A model generated the notes under the pieces. The model did not search any database. It was given only the letters and a program-made list of their open reading frames with translations, and was not told where the DNA came from. Positions 19,277 through 27,719 of a DNA stretch of 64,000 bases are shown piece by piece. This stretch comes from Candidatus Borrarchaeum weybense. GTDB taxonomy: Archaea > Asgardarchaeota > Sifarchaeia > Borrarchaeales > Borrarchaeaceae. The stretch covers positions 1 to 64,000 of the forward strand of contig JAHQJS010000007.1 in NCBI GenBank assembly GCA_019057385.1, read 5' to 3'. Within the stretch, counting starts at the first letter, position 1; each line of letters starts with the position of its first letter. The translations under genes and the position numbers were made by a program.

Positions 19277-19831
19277 TTAAGTCGTAGCTGATCTACATTC
19301 TTTGCAAAGTCCATAAAATTCCGTTCTGTGATGAGTAACAATTAAACCAAGTTCTTCTGCAAGTTGTTGCTCTTTCGTTTTGTCAATTTGCTCTTCTATA
19401 TCTATGATCTTTCCGCATTGTTCACAAATAAAATGAGAATGATCTGCAGATCCTATCTCAAATTTTCCTGGCGATCCTCCAGTATGTTCTAATTCATAAA
19501 TAAGCCCTAATTTTTTTAAAAACTTCAGATTTCGGTAGATTGTGCCCATACTAATTTTTGTATGTCGTTCTCTAACTCTGATATAAATTTCGTTGGCACT
19601 GGGATGATCTGCCTTACGTAATTCCTCAAGAATAATTTCTCTTGGTTTCGTTAGGCGGAGGTTTTTTTCCTTAAACTGATTTTCTATATCGCGCCAGAAC
19701 TCAGATACTGAAGGATTATCATTCTTGTTCTTTTCCTTTTCCTTTTTCGACAATTGATATCTCCACACTTTGACAGCTAGTCGAGATTCATTTGAAATTT
19801 CATCAAGATACTCTAGAAGAGTTGAATACAT
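19277..19831 (-). CDS. Fur-family regulator, PerR-like
   Basis: LTKPRE, HPSANE, GTIYRNL, HSHFICEQCGKIID (Asp at the PerR-type position), CKEC; next to rubrerythrin. Confidence 0.9.
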   Translation of the reverse strand: MYSTLLEYLDEISNESRLAVKVWRYQLSKKEKEKNKNDNPSVSEFWRDIENQFKEKNLRLTKPREIILEELRKADHPSANEIYIRVRERHTKISMGTIYRNLKFLKKLGLIYELEHTGGSPGKFEIGSADHSHFICEQCGKIIDIEEQIDKTKEQQLAEELGLIVTHHRTEFYGLCKECRSATT

Positions 19832-19916
19832 TGCTAGACTTTTCTTTTAGAACATGATGATGTCATATCTTAATTTTCTTTTCCTTGATATTCCTCTAAG
19901 GATAAGGTTATATAGG

Positions 19917-19943
19917 TAATAGTAATAATAACTGTTACTATTA
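19917..19943. promoter_or_regulatory. Perfect inverted repeat, candidate PerR/Fur operator
   Basis: taatagtaa-N9-ttactatta directly after a TATA-like ttatata in the divergent perR/rbr intergenic region. Confidence 0.6.
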
Positions 19944-20041
19944 AGGCTGAACACTAAACGTCACTTATATTGTAAGATAATCAATTGTAGAGTCGAATAA
20001 GGAGTTCAAGTTATTCAAAAACCAACATTGGAGGAATAAAA

Positions 20042-20143
20042 TTGAGTAAAGACCAAAAGAAAGCAGAAGAAGACGAAAAAAAACTGAAAAAAGCAGTAAA
20101 GGAGATTGACTGGGGAGAATTGTACGATGAAGATGCAGAATAA
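20042..20143 (+). CDS. Unannotated 33-aa charged small protein
   Basis: GGAGG RBS 7 nt before TTG; MSKDQKKAEEDEKKLKKAVKEIDWGELYDEDAE; followed by a T-rich tract. Confidence 0.6.
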   Translation: MSKDQKKAEEDEKKLKKAVKEIDWGELYDEDAE

Positions 20144-20256
20144 AGAACTTCATTCTTTATAGAAGTTCTTTCATGCTTTTCAAACATATTTTTTTTATTG
20201 TTTTTGTTTTTTCAAAAAATACGTTTTTTAAAAATCCATTAGAGGAGGAAAGAACA

Positions 20257-20802
20257 ATTAAAACCACCACGCAAGAAAATTTAATATCGGCTTTTGCAGG
20301 AGAGAGCCAAGCACATGTGAGATACTTGTACTTTGCGAATATCGCAGACAAAGAAGGTTTTCCAAATGTTGCAAGGCTGTTCAAGGCGGTTGCATATTCT
20401 GAACAAATTCATGCACATAAACATTTTATGAATTTAAAGCACTTGAACGATGGCTTTTTAACTGTAGCTCACGCGCCGTTTGGTCCTGGAAATACGTCTA
20501 AGGCATTGGAACATGGGATAATGGGTGAGGAGTACGAAATCTCAGAAATGTATCCCGCATTTCTAAAAATTGCAGAATTCCAAGAAGAAGAAGGCGCCCA
20601 GTTCACCTTTAATTGGGCACTGCAGAGCGAAAAAGAACATGCAAAACTGTTTAAAAGAGCAAAGGAATCAGTTGATAAAGGGAATGATGCTCCATTCGGT
20701 CCAATTTATGTCTGTGAAAGATGCGGCTTTACAGCTGAGGGAGAAGTACCAGATGTATGTCCTGTGTGTAATGCTCCGAAGGACGAATTCAAAGAGTTTT
20801 AG
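20257..20802 (+). CDS. rbr: Rubrerythrin (probable ATT start; ORF track starts at 20173)
   Basis: NLISAFAGESQA, SEQIHA, GEEYE, SEKEHA, C-terminal CERCG/CPVC rubredoxin domain. Confidence 0.93.
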   Translation: MKTTTQENLISAFAGESQAHVRYLYFANIADKEGFPNVARLFKAVAYSEQIHAHKHFMNLKHLNDGFLTVAHAPFGPGNTSKALEHGIMGEEYEISEMYPAFLKIAEFQEEEGAQFTFNWALQSEKEHAKLFKRAKESVDKGNDAPFGPIYVCERCGFTAEGEVPDVCPVCNAPKDEFKEF

Positions 20803-20860
20803 CAACTTTTTTTAATCTATTTTTTTCTATGTCGCTAAAAGAAGAAGAGATTTCCTCAGC

Positions 20861-21160
20861 TCAATATGCAAGGCAAGAGTTACAAAGATCTCTTTTAATT
20901 CTATCATTATCATTTACATGTTCAATTACTGCCTGTATAAGTGGATCTTGTGATACAACGTATGAGTTGCATAGGCTGAGTTCTAATATCCCGAACTCGA
21001 CAAGACGATCTAATCGAGATTTAACATCAGTTTGAAGGCTGAAAAATCTAGTTAAAGATTCCTCGGTGTGTATATGATAATCGTACCATACCATATGGTT
21101 TAAAAGACACAGATTTTGCTTGACACAACTTTCTAAATCAAAGATATTATGAATTGTCAT
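20861..21160 (-). CDS. 99-aa winged-helix-like protein; paralog of 49763-50062
   Basis: Shared LxNHxxW...IHTxxSLxRFF...DV..RLDRLV...IL...YxVS...NxxDR..R.L.NS.L. Confidence 0.75.
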   Translation of the reverse strand: MTIHNIFDLESCVKQNLCLLNHMVWYDYHIHTEESLTRFFSLQTDVKSRLDRLVEFGILELSLCNSYVVSQDPLIQAVIEHVNDNDRIKRDLCNSCLAY

Positions 21161-21386
21161 TGCAATCTGTTTGTATTATTCTTATCAACGTTTAAATAGT
21201 TTATGCATGTATTATTTTCGATAATGCCACTATATTGGTTTTCCATTAAAAAAAAATAATTTCCGTTGTAAAGTAAACTTCATTAGGAGAAAGTGACGTA
21301 ATGTTCGATTGTTATAATCACTTTTTCTTTTAATCGAACTAAGTCTTTTTTTTCATAGTACTTCTCAAGTACTTAATCTAGTAATC

Positions 21387-21935
21387 CTAGCCTTCTAGGA
21401 CACTCCTTAATCGTAAATTAGTGATGCGCCACCACAGATATATGAAGATTGTGACGACTAAGACTACTAGGAACGCAAAAACATGAGTTAATAGTGAAAA
21501 CACTATGAAAATGAAGATATCCATGAAAAATGTAGTAACACGAAGGATTCTAAACGCTTTATTGGAACGGATATAGAATAGAATTCGTTGATCAATCGGG
21601 ATATGTCTTTCAGTTATTTTGTCATGAATTTGCATTCGATTTATAACACAAAAGATATTTAAAACGCCAAGCATTGCAAACAGCATGACTATAATATCTG
21701 GATAGGGTGTAAAATTAAAAAGAAATGAGTTGATATCTTTGGCAGGGTAAAAGTCAGACCCAACAATTAAGGAATGCAACCCCATAAAACTAAATCCAGC
21801 AAACAAGCTGAAAAAAACTGTGTAAAGTCGCGCATCTTTACGTTCATCCTCTAAAAAAGCCTCTTTTTCAACGTCACTCCAAGTTTGATATTCTTGAGGA
21901 ATCATATCATATCTTTTCACATAAGAAGCCCCCAA
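21387..21935 (-). CDS. Hypothetical membrane protein
   Basis: About 4 TM segments; abuts the PGI/PMI stop. Confidence 0.7.
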   Translation of the reverse strand: MGASYVKRYDMIPQEYQTWSDVEKEAFLEDERKDARLYTVFFSLFAGFSFMGLHSLIVGSDFYPAKDINSFLFNFTPYPDIIVMLFAMLGVLNIFCVINRMQIHDKITERHIPIDQRILFYIRSNKAFRILRVTTFFMDIFIFIVFSLLTHVFAFLVVLVVTIFIYLWWRITNLRLRSVLEG

Positions 21936-23099
21936 TTAAAGACTATCAAATTTAACTTGAATATCTTCTTTAAGCTTTGTTCTTTCGGCAAGTTGCGATT
22001 TTAACAATGAAATTGAATCGACAGGCGTTGGATCAGTTCCATAAAGAATTGCTAGATAAACACTTGTAAAGTCTCCTATATATGTAACTGAAAACATTTT
22101 TGCGAGTACTCCTTCACCTCGTGCCATGATTTCAATAACCTGCTTTTTCTTCTTTAATATAATCTGATCTCTTGAAATTTCTATTCTAGCTTTGATTGCT
22201 GGCGGTTCGTCGGGGTCACGAATGAGGATGGGATAAAACGGCTCTATCAGTTTCTCATCAGCAGCCTCCCAGCCCATGATCTCGTTATGGTTTAATTCCG
22301 AAAAGACCGCCGGAAATGCAAGGATTTTTGTATTCTCATTAAATTGGGATTTTAAGCGATATGCGACACCATCAAAGAATGTATGCCCATAAATTAGGGG
22401 GATCTTGTTATAAAGGCAAATAGCAATTCTTTTTGCAAGATTATCTATTATTAGAGTCTCAGGTTTTAATTCGTCTTTAAGTTCTTTAAGGACTTTAACA
22501 ACAGCTAAAGTTTCCTTTTCAAAACTAGGATGAATATTCAATTTTTCTAGAACTATTAGAAGTGGAAAGAATAAATAAGGAAGCGATGCTCTCGGTGGAA
22601 GGCCACTCGGAAGTTTTACATATGGCAGACCGAATTTTAAACAGAATGCCTCAAGTATGCCTCCAGAAGTAAGTGCTACAACTGGACATCCTTTTTCTAT
22701 TGCATCTAGAAAGCAGCTTAAAGTCTCTTCAGTATTACCAGAGTAACTAATTAAAACCACTAAAGTGTTTTCATCAGCATAAGGCGGCAAATTATAATCA
22801 CGATTTGATTCTACAGGAATCTTAACATTAGCGTATCGTAAGAATGATCTCAAGAAATCAAAAGAAATTGCAGAACCACCCATACCCACACCGATGATTT
22901 GAGAAAAATTATAGTATTTTAGCTTTTTACCTTTGATTTCTATATCTGATGGAACCACTAAATTGCGTGCTCTTTCAATCGCATCTTGAATAAATTCTGG
23001 GACTTTTTTCTGTAACTCTAACATACCAGATTTATCAATCTTCTTAATCTCATTAAGATTATCAAGTATATCCGCCTTTTTACCTAAATCATTGAGCAT
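21936..23099 (-). CDS. Bifunctional phosphoglucose/phosphomannose isomerase
   Basis: GMGGS, SYSGNTEET, PRAS, QFNENTK, ELNHNEI. Confidence 0.93.
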   Translation of the reverse strand: MLNDLGKKADILDNLNEIKKIDKSGMLELQKKVPEFIQDAIERARNLVVPSDIEIKGKKLKYYNFSQIIGVGMGGSAISFDFLRSFLRYANVKIPVESNRDYNLPPYADENTLVVLISYSGNTEETLSCFLDAIEKGCPVVALTSGGILEAFCLKFGLPYVKLPSGLPPRASLPYLFFPLLIVLEKLNIHPSFEKETLAVVKVLKELKDELKPETLIIDNLAKRIAICLYNKIPLIYGHTFFDGVAYRLKSQFNENTKILAFPAVFSELNHNEIMGWEAADEKLIEPFYPILIRDPDEPPAIKARIEISRDQIILKKKKQVIEIMARGEGVLAKMFSVTYIGDFTSVYLAILYGTDPTPVDSISLLKSQLAERTKLKEDIQVKFDSL

Positions 23100-23254
23100 T
23101 TATAATCCTCCTAATGATGAATTGTTCAATCCTCAAAGAACATAAATGTTAGGTTCTAATTACCTCGTAATTTCTTTATGAAACTTAAGAGATATTAGTA
23201 TTATATTATCTAAGAAATGAATTACATGTGTTCTCTGTTTAGAACGGTAAACTG

Positions 23255-23941
23255 GTGATGTTGATGCATACTACAAAAGCTATTGACTTTTCTGAAATCA
23301 AACTAATCATCTTTGATCTTGATGGTACAATCATACCACTTCATAAGCGGTTTTATGCCGTCTGGACTGATACTTTGACTAAGTTCAATCTTCCAAACAT
23401 TTCGTGGGACGATTTTATGCAACGAATCGAAGCAGACTCGTTAGAGGAAACTATTGATCAATCACTACACAAAGCGTTTCAGAAAACCTTCTTAAGTGAA
23501 TATTCGCAATACTGGTCTCCAGACGATACAATAATCCCTGGAGCTAAAGAAGTTCTTATCCAATTAAAAAACAAAGGTTTTTCATTGGCATTAGCAACGG
23601 GCAGGATTTCAAGCACAGCGGAACTTGTTAATGAGATGAAACATTATGAATTAGATCACTTTTTTGAGGTATTGACCCCTCAGAAAGCTGAAGATTTCAG
23701 GTTAGGAGCTTTAGTTCCAAAAGAAAACCAGATTAAATATATTCTTGAAAAATTGAATATTTCTCCCTCACAAGCAGTTATGGTGGGAGATTATGTCACT
23801 GATATTCGTTCTGGAAAAGCAATGGGACTAAAGACGATTGCCTTACTTTCAAGTAGAGTTTCAGTAGAGATCATTGAAAAGGAAGAGCCAGATGTCATCC
23901 TTGAGAGTATTAATGATCTACCAGAAGTCATTTTTGACTGA
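23255..23941 (+). CDS. HAD-family hydrolase
   Basis: FDLDGT, LATGR, MVGDYVTDI. Confidence 0.9.
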   Translation: MMLMHTTKAIDFSEIKLIIFDLDGTIIPLHKRFYAVWTDTLTKFNLPNISWDDFMQRIEADSLEETIDQSLHKAFQKTFLSEYSQYWSPDDTIIPGAKEVLIQLKNKGFSLALATGRISSTAELVNEMKHYELDHFFEVLTPQKAEDFRLGALVPKENQIKYILEKLNISPSQAVMVGDYVTDIRSGKAMGLKTIALLSSRVSVEIIEKEEPDVILESINDLPEVIFD

Positions 23942-24003
23942 ACCCTATTCCATATAATATAATCATAAAGGACTCGAATGGAAAAAACAAGGAGGTAAAA
24001 TAT

Positions 24004-24354
24004 ATGGTAAAGAAAATTGCTCTGTTTGCTTTTAATGGAGAGCCAATGTGTTTTGCACATGCTTTGCTAAATACATTAGACATGAAAGAAAAAGGATACG
24101 CCATAAAACTGATCATAGAGGGGACAGCTACAAAGCAGATTAAAGAACTCTCGGATCCAAACAAGTTATTTGCAAATCTATATGAAAAAGTAAAGAAACT
24201 GGGATTAGTTGACTGCGTCTGCAAGGCGTGTTCAAACAAGATGGGATCTCTAGAAAGTGCTGAGGAACAAGGATTGCCTCTATGTGATGAAATGTCAGGT
24301 CACCCGCCCATGTCCAAATATATAGAACAAGGATACGAAGTCATTGCACTATAG
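24004..24354 (+). CDS. DsrE/DsrF-like protein
   Basis: HALLNTLD, LIIEG, CVCKACS, GHP.MSKYIEQGYEVI. Confidence 0.82.
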   Translation: MVKKIALFAFNGEPMCFAHALLNTLDMKEKGYAIKLIIEGTATKQIKELSDPNKLFANLYEKVKKLGLVDCVCKACSNKMGSLESAEEQGLPLCDEMSGHPPMSKYIEQGYEVIAL

Positions 24355-24537
24355 TGAAATAGTTCCATAATCTAATGAATGAATAGTTGATACATTTACC
24401 ACAAGTTTTAATTTAATTTGGACTACAAGATAAAAAGAAGACTTTTTTATTCAATTATTATAATTATATAGGTAAAGGATCTCAAATAGTAGAACAAACG
24501 TCTGATAGAAATTCCAAATATTCTGCGGTGGGTTTTT

Positions 24538-26100
24538 ATGACTATTCCAAACGAAAGTAAGGAAGAAAAACTTAAGGAAAAAACAGAAACCGAAGAAGAA
24601 CTGAAAGTTCCTATTCTAGAGGAAAGTTATCCTTTAATTCCTCCTTTTGCTTACGCACAAATTAAGACCGACCCTAAAACTCGCCGAACTATATATCATG
24701 TTATTGAGGTGCCCTTGAAGAAAAAAGAGAGCACTGTTGTTAATATTATCAAACAGAAAATGATTGAAAATATTGATGTCATTTTCGGAACATTAGAAGA
24801 AGACAACGAAAAAATGGAATATCTCCGAGAAAAAATAGAGGCCATTTGGAAAAAAGAAAAAATTGACATAGATTATGATGAAAGTTTTGACAAAGTGTTG
24901 TACTATGTTTCACGAGATTTTATTGGTTTTGGCAGACTTGAACCGCTTCTAAGAGATCAGACGATTGAGGATATTAGTTGTGATGGCGTTGAAATCCCTA
25001 TCTACATTTGGCATCGAAAATATGAATCGATTCCAACAAACCTCATATTCAGAAACGAGGAAGAACTTAATGGCACAATCACTAAAATAGCTCAAAGATC
25101 TGGTCGCCATATTTCCATTGCAAACCCTATACTTGATGCTAGTCTTCCTGACGGATCAAGAGTTCAGTTAACTTATGGAAAAGAAGTTACTCAAAGAGGT
25201 TCAACGTTTACTATTAGAAAGTTTCGACTCGATCCTCTAACGATTACTGATTTACTCCAGTTTAATACACTGAACACGGAGATGGCAGCTTACTTATGGT
25301 ATTTGATCGAGAATCGTCACTCCGCTCTCATCGCAGGTGGGATCGCCTCAGGAAAGACAACGCTTCTAAATACCCTATCTATGTTTATCAGGCCGGGTTT
25401 AAAAATTGTTACTATAGAAGACACAGCTGAACTGAACATTCCGCACGAGAACGTTATTCCCAGCATCGCACGGACTGGATTGGGCTTAGAGGAAGAAGGT
25501 CGCAAACGAGGCTCTGTTACATTATTCGACCTATTAAAAGCATCTCTTAGACAAAGACCTGATTATATCATTGTAGGAGAAATAAGAGGCGCGGAAGCAT
25601 ATTTTCTCTTCCAAGCAATGGCTACAGGACACTTAGGTATGGCCACTATTCATGGAGATTCGGTGTCTTCCGTAATTCATAGACTTGAATCAAAACCTAT
25701 GAATATTCCACGAACAATGTTGACGTCTCTCGATACGGTGTGTGTCCAACGAAAGGTGCGTTATGGCGGAGTTCACATTCGAAGGAGCATTGATATTCAA
25801 GAAATGGTTGGCATGGATGCTGTAACTAACGAACTCCTGACAAACAAGGTGTACACTTGGAATGCAAAAAATGATAGCTTTGATTATCTTGGCAGATCTG
25901 TAAAGTTAGAACAAATAGCGGAACATTCTGGTATGACTTTAGATGATCTTTGGCATGAAATCGACAAACGGAAGGTTGTACTTGGTTATATGTTGAAAAA
26001 GGGAATTAGGTACTATCAGGATGTAGCTTCAACTATCCGTGGATTCTATAATAACCCCGATCGTATGTATCGGAAAGCTAAACGCGGAATGGGAATGTAA
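24538..26100 (+). CDS. Type II/IV secretion system ATPase (ArlI/PilB/VirB11-like)
   Basis: IEDISCDG, GSTFTIRKF, Walker A GGIASGKTT, TIEDTAE, LRQRPDYIIVGEIRG, TGH...TIH. Confidence 0.93.
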   Translation: MTIPNESKEEKLKEKTETEEELKVPILEESYPLIPPFAYAQIKTDPKTRRTIYHVIEVPLKKKESTVVNIIKQKMIENIDVIFGTLEEDNEKMEYLREKIEAIWKKEKIDIDYDESFDKVLYYVSRDFIGFGRLEPLLRDQTIEDISCDGVEIPIYIWHRKYESIPTNLIFRNEEELNGTITKIAQRSGRHISIANPILDASLPDGSRVQLTYGKEVTQRGSTFTIRKFRLDPLTITDLLQFNTLNTEMAAYLWYLIENRHSALIAGGIASGKTTLLNTLSMFIRPGLKIVTIEDTAELNIPHENVIPSIARTGLGLEEEGRKRGSVTLFDLLKASLRQRPDYIIVGEIRGAEAYFLFQAMATGHLGMATIHGDSVSSVIHRLESKPMNIPRTMLTSLDTVCVQRKVRYGGVHIRRSIDIQEMVGMDAVTNELLTNKVYTWNAKNDSFDYLGRSVKLEQIAEHSGMTLDDLWHEIDKRKVVLGYMLKKGIRYYQDVASTIRGFYNNPDRMYRKAKRGMGM

Positions 26101-26109
26101 TTTTCCCCT

Positions 26110-26466
26110 TTATTTACTAATTTTAATTCTTGTCGAATTGTCAGATGATTTATGATCTACATCCAGAGCGAACTGATTGATTGTCTGAAATAACTCTTCT
26201 TTTATATAGCGTCCACAGCTATAGGCTTCAACAGCGATCTGCAATATCTCAACTTTTACCATAATATCCTCATTCTCACAAAATATTCCACCGTTATCTT
26301 CAACTCTTTCCCAATATCGATAAAAACAGTTTTGCGCCGCAGATAATGATATATCACCTTGAATAAACCTAAGTAGTTCTCTAATCAATTCAGGATAATT
26401 CATTTCTTTTTTCATTCTCGCTTTTTGGTTTTTTAATGAAAAAGATAGATAATTTTCGAGATTCAC
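26110..26466 (-). CDS. Hypothetical protein
   Basis: ORF filling the space convergent to the ATPase; start uncertain. Confidence 0.5.
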   Translation of the reverse strand: MNLENYLSFSLKNQKARMKKEMNYPELIRELLRFIQGDISLSAAQNCFYRYWERVEDNGGIFCENEDIMVKVEILQIAVEAYSCGRYIKEELFQTINQFALDVDHKSSDNSTRIKISK

Positions 26467-26636
26467 CTCTGAAGTATCTTATAATAGTTTTAATATTATT
26501 CAGGTACTTTCTGTAATATTACTTGAATTCAATTTTATGTCGCTGTCACTCATGCAAATGCTGTTTCTGTCGTTTGTTGTTTTAGGATTTTAGTTTTACA
26601 GAGGGGTCTCCCTTGCAATAAAAGTCGCCATAACAA

Positions 26637-26939
26637 TTGTTTGAATGTGAATATGAAAATAATTTGGAAGTGATGCCGTTGATGTCTTTGCAAGAATCTT
26701 TTGAAACTATTGATCGTCAAAACAGTCTTTTCAGTCCTGTTGGAATCTATGAATCTACATTTCAGGAAAAAGAAAAGATAGTCTACATTGAAATCAAAGA
26801 TCTTCAAGAGCTGAGAATAATTTCTAAAAGTTTAGAAAAACCAATATTTTACGATAAACACTATTATTATGTTATTTTCGATGATATCCATTATCGAACA
26901 AGAAGGATTGACAAAATACATCAAAAATATGGTATCTGA
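26637..26939 (+). CDS. Hypothetical protein
   Basis: 100-aa ORF, first of three co-oriented small ORFs. Confidence 0.55.
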   Translation: MFECEYENNLEVMPLMSLQESFETIDRQNSLFSPVGIYESTFQEKEKIVYIEIKDLQELRIISKSLEKPIFYDKHYYYVIFDDIHYRTRRIDKIHQKYGI

Positions 26940-26977
26940 CTCAAAATTTTAAAAAAAGGTCGGTTAAAAAATAATCT

Positions 26978-27292
26978 TTGATTCATTTAATAATGAATAG
27001 GTTAATTGGAGTGCACCAGCAGATGTCCGTTCTTAAAAAAACCAAAATATCGCAGCCTTTTGATCCATTGAGAAAAGAGGATCGAATTGAGGCTTTACTA
27101 TCGTCATATACATCTAAAGAACCAGAATGTCCATTTTATAAATGTGATAACCCAGATGTGAGATCAAAGTGCCTCCTTGATCCAACTACATGGCGTATCT
27201 GGGATTGTAAAGGCTTAACGTTTTTTCAAGGGCTTTGTTGTGGTTATGTTCTTAATGCCATAGAAACGAATTCGACTACACATCTCGATTAA
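26978..27292 (+). CDS. Small Cys-rich hypothetical protein
   Basis: CPFYKC...C...WDC...CCG. Confidence 0.6.
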   Translation: MIHLIMNRLIGVHQQMSVLKKTKISQPFDPLRKEDRIEALLSSYTSKEPECPFYKCDNPDVRSKCLLDPTTWRIWDCKGLTFFQGLCCGYVLNAIETNSTTHLD

Positions 27293-27353
27293 CATAAGCA
27301 TAAATCGATTTAATTTTCATAAGAGAAGTTTAAATATGATTTGAGGCAAAAAA

Positions 27354-27581
27354 ATGCGTGATTATGCTCTAAATGTTTGCTGTAAATGTAAAAGAAAGGA
27401 TTGGGTGCCTGTCACACAAGAGGATAGAGACTATGCCTCTAAAAATGGTGGTCTGTTTATTCGGATTGTTGATCATGGTGATCATTTTTTGGAATTACAT
27501 ATTGATTGTAATGGAGCAGTACGACGGGAGTACCTATCTGAGAAGGCACCAGCAAAAATCCCGGCTAGTATCACTTCTTAA
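27354..27581 (+). CDS. Small putative Zn-binding protein
   Basis: CCKC...GGLF...DHGDH...HIDCNGAVRRE (CxxC plus HxxH). Confidence 0.7.
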   Translation: MRDYALNVCCKCKRKDWVPVTQEDRDYASKNGGLFIRIVDHGDHFLELHIDCNGAVRREYLSEKAPAKIPASITS

Positions 27582-27632
27582 GTCAATTACCCCACCCTAA
27601 AGGATAGGGGCTTCCAGAGGCGGGAGACGTGA
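27582..27632 (-). mobile_element. Solo IS200/IS605 end hairpin
   Basis: gtcaattaccccaccctaaaggataggggcttccag, a GC-rich subterminal hairpin typical of IS200/IS605 ends, directly after a stop codon. Confidence 0.75.
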
Positions 27633-27719
27633 TATATATTTTTCTTTTATCACCTTAAAATTACAAAAAGTTTTTAATAAAGCTTTAAAGCTTCAACTCT
27701 AATTAAACAAAAAAGGAAA

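Noticed and set aside
19965-20153. 62-aa hydrophobic minus-strand ORF
   Set aside because: Antisense shadow of the K/E-rich plus-strand sORF, which has an RBS
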